This document shows positions 32,381 through 39,904 of a stretch of DNA of 39,904 nucleotides, in pieces (position 1 is the stretch's first letter; every line of letters starts with the position of its first letter). The notes beneath the pieces are model-generated. The model worked only from the letters and a program-made list of their open reading frames with translations. It had not been told where the DNA came from and did not search any database. Location: contig DYKS01000003.1 in NCBI GenBank assembly GCA_020722485.1, positions 1 through 39,904 of the forward strand. Reading direction: 5' to 3'. Source of the stretch: Candidatus Elulimicrobium sp. Its GTDB lineage: Bacteria > Patescibacteriota > Minisyncoccia > Moranbacterales > UBA9337. The position numbers and the translations under genes are program-made.

Positions 32381-33799
32381 GTGGTTGCCCGAAAAATAGC
32401 TTACAATATAGCGCTCAATACGATTTTTAAAGTTCTTTCCACTGCGTTGGCTTTAGTGGGAATTGGATTTATTACTCGTTATTTAGGAAAAGAAGGTTTT
32501 GGAAATTACGCCACTGTTTTGGCGTTTTTCGCTTTTTTTTCTTCTTTATTGGATTTGGGTTTATATACCATTTCCACCCGAGAAATATCTCGACAGGGAG
32601 CGGATGAAGAAAAAATTATCGGCAATGTTTTTTGGTTGCGATTTTTTTCTTCCGTGGCGTTATTTTTAATTTCACCTTTAATTGTCTTCTTATTGCCTTA
32701 TCCGGAAGAAGTTAAAAAAGGAATACTGCTGGCTGCCGGCGCCTTTGTTTTTTCTTCTTCTTATCTAGTATTAAATGGAGTTTTTCAAAAAAATTTAGTT
32801 ATTTACAAAGTAACCGGAGCGGAATTAATTGGGAAAATTTTACAAGTAAGTTTTGTAATTTTGACAGTTTTGTATGATTGGGGTTTTACGGCGATTGTTT
32901 TATCTTTACTTTTGAATATGATCTTTAATTTTGTAGCCGTTTATTATTTGTGTCGTCGGTATGTAAAAATAAGATTTCTAATAAACTTTTCTTATTGGAA
33001 AAAGTTTTTAAGACACTCTTTGCCAATGGGTGTGGCTGTTTTTGTTAGTTTTTTATATTTTAAAACGGATACTATTTTACTTTCTCTTTTGCGTTCCAGT
33101 CAGGATGTTGGAATTTATAACGCGGCTTATAAAATTATTGAAAATATTACTTTTTTTCCAGCGATGATAATGGGATTAATTTTTCCACTTATGTCTAAGA
33201 ATATTTTTTCTGAAAAAACTCTTTTTGAAAAAATTTCTCATAAAACTTTTAAAATCTTCTTTCTTTTAGTTATTCCTATGGTAATTGGAGCGCTTTTTTT
33301 AGCTGATGATCTGGTTTTTTTGATTGGAGGAAAAGATTTTTCTCAATCAGCCAATGTATTGCGAATTTTAATTTTTTCTTTGGCATTTATTTTTTTTGGA
33401 CATTTTTTCAATTATATGCTTATCGCCGGAAATTTACAGAAAAAATTAATGCAAATTTTATTTTTTTGCGCCGCTTTTAATATAACCGCCAATTTGATTT
33501 TTATTCCATTTTTTTCTTATTATGCTTCCGCCATGATTTCATTGGCAACTGAAGCGCTAGTGGTTTTTACTACCGCTTTTTTAGCGGCAAAAAAATTAGG
33601 TTATATTCCTCGTATAGAGAAAGGAATAAATTTTTTATTTTCCGGCGCGGTAATGGCGGGGTTTCTTTTTTTATTTCGCGATTTTCACTTTCTTTTTTTG
33701 ATTGTAGGAGGGGCGGTTGTTTATTTTTTTCTACTTGGTTTAACTGGGACAATTACTAAACAAGAAATAATTAGTCTTTTAATTAAAAAACAAGCATGA
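32381..33799 (+). CDS. MOP-superfamily polysaccharide/oligosaccharide flippase (Wzx-like)
   Basis: About 12-14 TM helices. N-terminus ..ARKIAYNIALNTIFKVLSTALALVGIGFITRYLG.EGFG.Y is typical of Wzx/MurJ-like proteins. I prefer GTG 32381, because the track start TTG 32327 would translate through the hairpin. The start is uncertain. Confidence 0.75.
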   Translation: MVARKIAYNIALNTIFKVLSTALALVGIGFITRYLGKEGFGNYATVLAFFAFFSSLLDLGLYTISTREISRQGADEEKIIGNVFWLRFFSSVALFLISPLIVFLLPYPEEVKKGILLAAGAFVFSSSYLVLNGVFQKNLVIYKVTGAELIGKILQVSFVILTVLYDWGFTAIVLSLLLNMIFNFVAVYYLCRRYVKIRFLINFSYWKKFLRHSLPMGVAVFVSFLYFKTDTILLSLLRSSQDVGIYNAAYKIIENITFFPAMIMGLIFPLMSKNIFSEKTLFEKISHKTFKIFFLLVIPMVIGALFLADDLVFLIGGKDFSQSANVLRILIFSLAFIFFGHFFNYMLIAGNLQKKLMQILFFCAAFNITANLIFIPFFSYYASAMISLATEALVVFTTAFLAAKKLGYIPRIEKGINFLFSGAVMAGFLFLFRDFHFLFLIVGGAVVYFFLLGLTGTITKQEIISLLIKKQA

Positions 33800-34671
33800 A
33801 ACGCGCGCGACCGAAAGTTTTTGTTATTATATTAAACTATAATGGTCGAGAAACTTTATTTCATTGTTTATCGTCCGTTTTTAGATCAGATTATCCTGAT
33901 TTAAAAGTGGTGGTAGTGGACAATAATTCTCAAGATGAGTCCTTGGAGATAGCCAAAAAAAATTTTTCCCAAGCTTATTTTATTGAAAACTCGGAAAACA
34001 TTGGTTTTGCTGCTGGAAATAATATAGGTATTCGTTTTGCATTAGAAAGAATGGCTGATTATATTTTTCTTCTGAATAATGACGCGGAAGTAGAACGAAA
34101 AACTATTTCTAATATAATTCAAATAGCTGAAAAAAATTCTTCTTTAGGAATTTTAAGTCCGCTTATTTATAAAAACAAAACGGAAAAAATTTGGTTTGCG
34201 GGAGGAAAAATTGATTGGCTGCGAATGCGAGCCATACATACGGATTTTAAAATTAAATCTAAAAAATCTAAATTATGGTCCACGGATTATATTTCTGGAT
34301 GCGCGATGTTGATTAAAAAAGAAGTATTTAAAAAAATTGGTCTTTTAAACGAAGATTATTTTTTGTATTACGAAGATGTCGATTTTTCTTGGCGCGCTTA
34401 TCAATCAGGTTTTCAATTAATGGTAACTTCCGAGTCTCGAGTTTATCATTTTGAAAAAAGTGAAGAAAATAAACCGGCAAAAATTTATTGGTTGGTTTTA
34501 TCTGGAATTTTGTTTTTTCGCAAAAACGCGCCGCTATTGTGGCGACCATATATAAGTGTTTATCTTTGGTTAAGAAAAATAAAAAATCAAATGGATTTAA
34601 AGTGGAGAAATAATCAATTCGCGCTGGAAACGAGAAGGGCTTATCGTGACAGCGAAAAATTAAATTTTTAA
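33796..34671 (+). CDS. Family 2 glycosyltransferase
   Basis: ..VFVIILNYNG...L..CL.SV......DL.VVVVDNNS.D.S.., ..N.GFAAGNN.G.., DxD-like NNDAEV. Start overlaps the flippase stop (ATGA). Confidence 0.85.
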   Translation: MKRARPKVFVIILNYNGRETLFHCLSSVFRSDYPDLKVVVVDNNSQDESLEIAKKNFSQAYFIENSENIGFAAGNNIGIRFALERMADYIFLLNNDAEVERKTISNIIQIAEKNSSLGILSPLIYKNKTEKIWFAGGKIDWLRMRAIHTDFKIKSKKSKLWSTDYISGCAMLIKKEVFKKIGLLNEDYFLYYEDVDFSWRAYQSGFQLMVTSESRVYHFEKSEENKPAKIYWLVLSGILFFRKNAPLLWRPYISVYLWLRKIKNQMDLKWRNNQFALETRRAYRDSEKLNF

Positions 34672-34677
34672 AAAGCA

Positions 34678-35451
34678 ATGCCGGAACTTTCTTTTATTAT
34701 TGTTAATTATCAATCCGAAAAGTATTTAAAAAAATGTGTCGCTTCCGTTTTAGAAAAAGTTAAAATCATTGATTTTGAAATAATCGTTGTAAATAACGAT
34801 CAGAGTAAACTTAATAGTTTTGAAGATGAAAAAATTTCAGTGTTGGAAATTAATAAAAATGTCGGATTTGGAAAAGCTTGTAATTTTGGCGTTGAAAAAG
34901 CGCGCGGAGAATTGCTTTGTTTTTTAAATCCGGATGCGGAAATAATTAAAGAAAATATCGTGGAAATTATCGAGGAATTTAAACATTATCCTAAAATAGG
35001 CATCATCGGACCGAAAATTTTAACTTCAAAAAATCGAATTCAGAAATGGAGTGTCGGTCGAGAAACAGGAATATGGAACTTATTTTGTAATAAAATTGGT
35101 TATTGCGCTATTTGGAATAATTTAGAAAAACAAGAAGTAGATTGGGTGACGGGGGCCGCGATGTTTATTCGTCAAGAACTTTTTCAGCAATTAGGAGGTT
35201 TTGACGAAAATTTTTTTCTTTATTTTGAAGATTTGGATTTGTGTCGGCGGGCGCGTTTGATTGGATTTAAAGTTTTGTATTTTCCCGATTTTCATATTAA
35301 ACATCAAGGAGGCAAAAGTTCCGTGCTTAAAGAAAAACAAAAAGAAGCATATTATCAATCACAGGATTATTATTTTCAAAAACACTTCGGACGATTTTCT
35401 GTCGCGGTATTGCGATTTTTGCGAAAAATTTTTCTTTATTGGCGGATGTAA
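34678..35451 (+). CDS. Family 2 glycosyltransferase
   Basis: ..LSFIIVNYQSEKYLKKCV.SV...., ..N.GFGKACN.G.., ..LNPDAEI.., ..EDLDLC.RA...G. Confidence 0.85.
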   Translation: MPELSFIIVNYQSEKYLKKCVASVLEKVKIIDFEIIVVNNDQSKLNSFEDEKISVLEINKNVGFGKACNFGVEKARGELLCFLNPDAEIIKENIVEIIEEFKHYPKIGIIGPKILTSKNRIQKWSVGRETGIWNLFCNKIGYCAIWNNLEKQEVDWVTGAAMFIRQELFQQLGGFDENFFLYFEDLDLCRRARLIGFKVLYFPDFHIKHQGGKSSVLKEKQKEAYYQSQDYYFQKHFGRFSVAVLRFLRKIFLYWRM

Positions 35452-35515
35452 TTTAAATTGGCAAATAGTAGGCTGTAAAGACAAACAATGAACAATGTCT
35501 GATATTAAATAAATT

Positions 35516-36817
35516 ATGTTTAAAAAAGCGATAAATTTGTTTTTATTGTATCTACCATTTCAAATGGCGCTTAATCCAGTGGAAGGAGTGGATTTAGCTT
35601 CTGCGCGAATTATAGTTTTAGCTTTTTTTTTAGTTTGGTTGGCGGAAAGCTTAAGAAAAAAGAAAATTATTGTTCGCAAGTCATTAATAACTTTATTTTT
35701 ACTTTCTTTTTTGTTTTTATCTTTGTTTTCTCTTTTTTTCGCGGAAAATTTATTTTGGGGAATAAGAAAAGCGCTTTTTTTGCTGTCTTTTTTTCCTTTT
35801 TATTTCGTAATTGGAGGACTCGATTGGAATAAAGAAGAAATTCGACGCGCGATTAAATTTTGGGTTTTAGGGTCAGCTATAATGTCAGTAATTGGTATCG
35901 CGCAATTTTTTCTTCAGTTTTGGATGGGAGCGGGAAAGATGATTGTTCTTTGGCAAAAATTTCTTACGCCTTTTCTGGGAAAATCTTTTGCCGCCGCCGT
36001 TTTTGAATATTCCAGTTGGCCGGTTAATATTAGCGGAGAAACTTTTTTTCGCGCCACCGCTTTTTTTCCTGACGCGCATATGTTTTCTTTTTATCTGGGA
36101 ATGAGTTTTTTTTTGGCGTTGGGATTATGGAGAGGGGAAGAGAAAAAATTTTTTCAAAAAGTATTTTTAATATCGGCGTTTTTAATTTTAACGGCGGATC
36201 TTTTAACTTTTTCTCGTGGCGGTTATTTGGGTTTAGCGGTCGGAAGTTTGGTGTTTGGCGGAAGAGAAATCATTTTTTTTCTAGGAAAAAAGGAAAAAAC
36301 AGAAAAGAAAAAATTGCTAGGATTAGTGGCTGGAAGTTTTTTATTGATATTTTTGCTTTTGTTTTTTACCCCGATTGGCAAAAGAACATTTTCTTCCTTT
36401 GATATGAACGAATTTTCCAATACCGAAAGAATTAAAAATTGGAAACAAGCGGTGGAAATTATAAAAGAAAATCCATGGGTAGGAACCGGTCTGGGTAATT
36501 ATTCATTAGCGATTAAGCCCTCGGCTGAGTGGAGAGAGCCGATTTACGCGCATAATCTTTATCTAGATATTGTGGCAGAAGCGGGTATTTTAGGCGGTTT
36601 AGCGTTTGTGGCTTTGCTTACGGAGGGAATTTTTGCTTTTATGAAAAAAGCGCGCGCGAATGCGCGAGAAAAATCTTTTTACTATCTTTATTTTGGAATA
36701 GTTGCTTCTTTTGTAGTTTTTTCCGTTCATTCTTTTTTTGATTCGGCTCTTTACTCGGTACATATTCTTCCGTTATTAATTTTTTTATTGTCATTGGGTT
36801 CCGCGCCAAGCGAATAA
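35516..36817 (+). CDS. O-antigen ligase / Wzy_C-family polytopic membrane protein
   Basis: At least 10 TM helices, a large loop with ..SRGGYLGL.., and the ..YAHNLYLDIVAEAGILG.. motif typical of Wzy_C (WaaL / O-oligosaccharyltransferase / polymerase) proteins. Confidence 0.75.
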   Translation: MFKKAINLFLLYLPFQMALNPVEGVDLASARIIVLAFFLVWLAESLRKKKIIVRKSLITLFLLSFLFLSLFSLFFAENLFWGIRKALFLLSFFPFYFVIGGLDWNKEEIRRAIKFWVLGSAIMSVIGIAQFFLQFWMGAGKMIVLWQKFLTPFLGKSFAAAVFEYSSWPVNISGETFFRATAFFPDAHMFSFYLGMSFFLALGLWRGEEKKFFQKVFLISAFLILTADLLTFSRGGYLGLAVGSLVFGGREIIFFLGKKEKTEKKKLLGLVAGSFLLIFLLLFFTPIGKRTFSSFDMNEFSNTERIKNWKQAVEIIKENPWVGTGLGNYSLAIKPSAEWREPIYAHNLYLDIVAEAGILGGLAFVALLTEGIFAFMKKARANAREKSFYYLYFGIVASFVVFSVHSFFDSALYSVHILPLLIFLLSLGSAPSE

Positions 36818-37042
36818 TATTTGGATTTTTTTATTTTTTAGTGTAATATAAAAATATAGAAAGTATATTTGAAAGTTTAAATTATCTGCGTTATTTACAT
36901 TTTATTTATTTTAGATTTTTTTGTTAGTATAAAAATTATTGTCATTTTAGAAAATTTTGGAGCATGTTTATTATCACTACGGAATTTTTCCGTAGCGATA
37001 GCGGAGGAAAATATCCGGAATCTACGGCGTAATAAAAAGACT

Positions 37043-37139
37043 GGATTCCCGCCGGAATTTACCCTCGTGAAAACGAGAGCGGGAATGACATATAATCAAA
37101 AATAATCAAAAATGTAAATAATGTTGTGAAATCTAACAT
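37043..37139 (+). repeat. Composite intergenic repeat, copy 3: GGATTCCCGC..(insert with CTCG-TGAAAA-CGAG hairpin)..GCGGGAATGACA, then AAAAATGTAAATAATGTTGTGAAATCTAACAT (37108-37139)
   Basis: Same module order as 301-481 and 39238-39345. It ends 24 nt before ATG 37164. Confidence 0.7.
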
Positions 37140-37163
37140 TTAAATAAACAAAAAAACAAATAA

Positions 37164-37709
37164 ATGGAAAAAATATTAAGCAATCAATTTATTGATCCCG
37201 AAACAATTGTTAAAAACTTGGATTTAAAAAACGGTGATCAGGTGGCGGATTTCGGGTGCGGATCGGGTTTTTTTAGTATTCCTTTCGCGCGGGCGGTTTC
37301 TGACGCTGGCGTGGTATGGTCATTGGATATTTTATCTTCCGCTTTGGAGGCGGTGGAAAGCCAAGCAAAAACCTTGGGGCTTTTAAATATTAAAACGCGA
37401 CGCGCCAATGTGGAAAAGATAAATGGATCTAATTTGAAAGAGGACAGTATGGATTGGGTAATAATGAAAGATATTTTATTCCAAAATAAAAATAAAGAAG
37501 ATATTATTCGGGAAGCTTATAGAGTTTTAAAACCGGAAGGAAAAGCATTGATAATGGAATGGAATAATAAAAATTTTATGGTTGGTCCGCCCAAAGAAAA
37601 GAGAGTTTCGCAACAAGAAATTTTTAATATGTTGGATAAAAACAAATTCATTATCAAGAAAATTTTTCCCGCCGGTGATTTTCATTATGTTATTATTGCC
37701 GAAAAGTAA
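37164..37709 (+). CDS. Class I SAM-dependent methyltransferase
   Basis: Motif I VADFGCGSGFFSIPFA and post-I/II pattern ..VLKPEGKALIMEW... Confidence 0.8.
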   Translation: MEKILSNQFIDPETIVKNLDLKNGDQVADFGCGSGFFSIPFARAVSDAGVVWSLDILSSALEAVESQAKTLGLLNIKTRRANVEKINGSNLKEDSMDWVIMKDILFQNKNKEDIIREAYRVLKPEGKALIMEWNNKNFMVGPPKEKRVSQQEIFNMLDKNKFIIKKIFPAGDFHYVIIAEK

Positions 37710-37745
37710 TTTTTTAAAAAACAAAAAATTTAGAAAAACAAAAAA

Positions 37746-39158
37746 ATGGTTAAAAAAACAGTAGTTTTATTATTAGTGGTTTTGTTTACACTTTCTTTTT
37801 CCGGTTGCAGTGTTTTTAGGCAGAAGGAAAAATATCCCTACAAAATTGATTTAGAAATTTGGGGAGCCTTTGGCGATGAAAAGGATTTTTCCGATATTGT
37901 TAATGAATACAAAAAAATCAATCCTTATATTGGGACTATTGAATACAAGAAATTTTCGGTGGACAATTACAAAGAAGATCTTTTAGATGCGATGGCGGCG
38001 GGAGAAGGACCGGATATATTTTTAACACATAATACATGGCTTCCCACTTTTCAAAATAAATCCATTTCGGCGCCAGCGGAAATTTTAGGAGAAAAAGAAT
38101 TTCGGGAAAATTTTGCGGATGTGGCAGCCGATGATTTTTTGGCAGAAGGACAAGTTTACGCGGTTCCCTTGAGTATTGATTCTCTAGCGCTTTATTATAA
38201 TAAAGATATGTTTAACGCGGCTGGTATTACTGTGCCACCGGCCACTTGGAAACAATTGGAAGAAGCGGTAAAAAAAATCACAAAAATTGATAAATATGGA
38301 AATTTTATCCAATCGGGCGTGGCTATGGGAACCGCTGATAACATCAATCGTTCCACTGATATTTTAGGATTATTAATGTTTCAAAACGGAACAGAAATGA
38401 CTAATGCCAATCATACACGCGCTACCTTTAATCAAGTAACAGTAACAGAAACAGGACAGAAACAAGGAGGTATTAACGCGTTGGAATATTACGTCCAATT
38501 TTCTCGCTTGGGTTCGCCCGTTTACACATGGAATAAATTAAAGCATTATTCTATAGATTCTTTTTTTGAAGGCACTGTCGCTATGATGTTGAATTATTCT
38601 TGGCACATTGAAACCATTAAAAACAAAAATTCCAAACTTAATTTTGCTATAGCTCCCGTTCCTCAACTTAATCCAGATAAACCAGTTAATTACGCTAATT
38701 ATTGGGGTTTAGCTGTGGCTAAAAATAAAAAAAGAGAAGATAAACATCGTAAGCAATATCCTAAAATAAATGATAGTCAGTATGAACAAGCGCGCGTCAA
38801 TGAAGCTTGGCAATTTTTAAAATTTATGTCTGTTAAAAATAATAATAAAGTAATTTTAACCAATGTTATCTCTGGAAAAAGCAAAGAATTTGCCATTAAT
38901 TTTGACCCAGCGGAAAATTATATAAAAAAAACCGGTAAACCGGCGGCGCGCAGAGATTTAATTGAGAAACAGAAAAATGATCCAGAAATATCGGCGTTTG
39001 CTCAAGGAAATTTAATCGCGCGCAGTTGGTATCAAGTTCAACCGGAAATGGAAGAATCTATTTTAGCGGAAGCGATTGAAGACGTTGTATTGGGAAAAAC
39101 TTCCGCTTCTAACGCATTGGAAGTTGCTGTTAATCGTATAACTCAATTAATGAGATAA
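37746..39158 (+). CDS. Extracellular solute-binding lipoprotein (ABC-transporter SBP family 1-like, probably carbohydrate)
   Basis: Lipobox LSFSGC after a signal peptide. ..LEIWGAF......F..I...Y.K.NP.I.., ..G.GPDIF..HN.W.., ..YAVPLSIDSLALYYNKDMF..AGI.. are typical of sugar-type SBPs. No permease or ATPase gene is adjacent. Confidence 0.75.
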   Translation: MVKKTVVLLLVVLFTLSFSGCSVFRQKEKYPYKIDLEIWGAFGDEKDFSDIVNEYKKINPYIGTIEYKKFSVDNYKEDLLDAMAAGEGPDIFLTHNTWLPTFQNKSISAPAEILGEKEFRENFADVAADDFLAEGQVYAVPLSIDSLALYYNKDMFNAAGITVPPATWKQLEEAVKKITKIDKYGNFIQSGVAMGTADNINRSTDILGLLMFQNGTEMTNANHTRATFNQVTVTETGQKQGGINALEYYVQFSRLGSPVYTWNKLKHYSIDSFFEGTVAMMLNYSWHIETIKNKNSKLNFAIAPVPQLNPDKPVNYANYWGLAVAKNKKREDKHRKQYPKINDSQYEQARVNEAWQFLKFMSVKNNNKVILTNVISGKSKEFAINFDPAENYIKKTGKPAARRDLIEKQKNDPEISAFAQGNLIARSWYQVQPEMEESILAEAIEDVVLGKTSASNALEVAVNRITQLMR

Positions 39159-39237
39159 AAATTTAAAATGTAAGAATTAATAGCGTTGTTTATTTTTTTT
39201 ATTTTATTTTGAAATTTTTGAAATATTAGCGGAAATG

Positions 39238-39345
39238 GATTACCGTCTTCGCGGGAATGACATAAAAAACGGGAATGACACAAAGAATTGGAAATAACAA
39301 AAAATAATAAGCTAAAAATGTAAATAACGCGATAGAACCTAACAT
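39238..39345 (+). repeat. Composite intergenic repeat, copy 4: GGATTACCGTCTTCGCGGGAATGACA (39238-39262), half-site CGGGAATGACA (39270-39280), box AAAAATGTAAATAACGCGATAGAACCTAACAT (39314-39345)
   Basis: Same module order as copies 1 and 3. It ends 58 nt before ATG 39404. Confidence 0.7.
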
Positions 39346-39403
39346 TTAAAAGAATAATTTTAAAAATGTAAATATTAATAAAAAATTTCGTAAACAATTT
39401 TTT

Positions 39404-39904
39404 ATGTTTTTGTTTTCAGATATAAATATAAATATAAAAAAACTTACTTCCAAAAAAATAATTGCGACCTTTTTTTTGATGTTTTTTCTTTTGTCAATTT
39501 TTTCTTTTTTCTTTACACCTGCAACAACAGAAGCCGTTGGTTTGGTTCCTTGTGGCAGAAATATTGGAACAGAAGAAGAAACGGCGCCTTGCACTCTTTG
39601 TCATTTGATAGTGGGTATTAAAAGAATTATTGATTGGGGAACATTTATAATGGTTTTCGCGGCGATTGCTGCCATTACCATTGCCGGCGTTATGTATATT
39701 GTTTCGGCCGGCAATCAAAAAATGACAGAAACTGCTAAAAATATGATGTGGCACGCTTTAGCTGGTTTCGCTATTATTCTGGGTGGTTGGGTGCTGATTA
39801 ATTATTCTATGTTTTTATTGAGTGTAAAAAGTGATTTGGGAATTGGTGTTGTTAAGTGGTATGAGTTTAGTTGCGATACCAGTAGCAGATTTAATCAAGG
39901 CGGA
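39404..39904 (+). CDS. T4SS-pilin-like (TrbC/VirB2-like) small secreted membrane protein, 3'-truncated by the window end
   Basis: Not in the supplied track because it has no stop before the window end. My translation is MFLFSDININIKKLTSKKIIATFFLMFFLLSIFSFFFTPATTEAVGLVPCGRNIGTEEETAPCTLCHLIVGIKRIIDWGTFIMVFAAIAAITIAGVMYIVSAGNQKMTETAKNMMWHALAGFAIILGGWVLINYSMF..., 167 codons without a stop. It shows a signal peptide, a LVPCG....PCT.CH motif and two TM helices, as in the pilin-like family common in CPR genomes. The antisense track ORFs at 39346-39754 are therefore spurious. Confidence 0.7.
   Translation, partial: MFLFSDININIKKLTSKKIIATFFLMFFLLSIFSFFFTPATTEAVGLVPCGRNIGTEEETAPCTLCHLIVGIKRIIDWGTFIMVFAAIAAITIAGVMYIVSAGNQKMTETAKNMMWHALAGFAIILGGWVLINYSMFLLSVKSDLGIGVVKWYEFSCDTSSRFNQGG

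Noticed and set aside
26800-36420. Embedded ORFs 26800-26991, 30196-30378, 33570-33752, 34328-34678, 35261-35491, 35635-35832, 35885-36079, 36127-36402, 36223-36420, 37527-37724, 37582-37764
   Set aside because: They are alternate-frame or antisense readings of PBP, dnaA, flippase, GT2, Wzy_C and methyltransferase genes. The Lys/Arg/Phe-rich translations are typical of off-frame reading of membrane-protein genes.
36964-37032. 22-codon ORF MFIITTEFFRSDSGGKYPESTA*
   Set aside because: The GGAG is only 1 nt from the ATG (poor spacing), the ORF is very short, and it lies across hairpin-forming sequence. It is kept only as part of the alternative-hairpin observation.
39143-39754. Three minus-strand ORFs (39143-39397, 39346-39594, 39494-39754)
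   Set aside because: They cover the intergenic repeat element and are antisense to the much more convincing pilin-like plus-strand frame starting at 39404. Their translations are low-complexity.
1-39904. Alternative genetic code (UGA as Gly, as in some CPR lineages)
   Set aside because: TGA cleanly terminates several family-length genes (for example 17662-19602, 32381-33799, 21725-23140), and reading through would not extend homology. The standard code 11 fits.

Overview
This is an AT-rich (by eye about one-third GC), tightly packed bacterial chromosome segment. It uses the standard genetic code, since TGA, TAA and TAG all close well-supported ORFs. Gene content and protein style look like a small Candidate Phyla Radiation / Patescibacteria-type genome. 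The window covers the replication-origin neighbourhood: dnaN-dnaA on the minus strand diverge from rpmH-yidC-jag on the plus strand, with perfect DnaA boxes on both sides of dnaA. Most other genes are housekeeping: DksA/TraR-like, lspA, comM/yifB-like, a G5/RlpA-like wall protein, rsmA, yraN-like, pnp, a DHH-like protein, ruvB, YebC, ruvC and a class A PBP. There is also a surface-glycan cluster (flippase, two GT2, Wzy_C/O-antigen-ligase-like), a SAM methyltransferase, an orphan solute-binding lipoprotein, and a 3'-truncated T4SS-pilin-like (TrbC/VirB2-like) gene missing from the ORF track. rpmH is likewise missing from the track. The items most worth a second look are these. (1) A translationally coupled four-gene operon at 21033-24958: a stand-alone 7TM module, an ATP-grasp ligase fused to a retropepsin-like protease, and two further ATP-grasp ligases, sitting just upstream of the PBP gene. 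(2) A 1008-aa tandem-duplicated GspE/PilB-type ATPase with both halves apparently intact and a 38-nt perfectly identical tract shared between the halves. (3) A 1.06-kb gene-free island (5530-6590) with GC-rich structured blocks that I could not assign to any known RNA family. (4) A 174-nt element closed by a 24-bp helix at 14840-15013. (5) A composite intergenic repeat family (ATTCCCG..CGGGAAT(GACA) palindromes plus a conserved ~31-nt TGTAAA-N15-TAACAT box) placed upstream of four genes. (6) Perfect DnaA boxes scattered far from dnaA. Everything rests on reading the sequence and remembered family signatures; no searches or folding programs were run.
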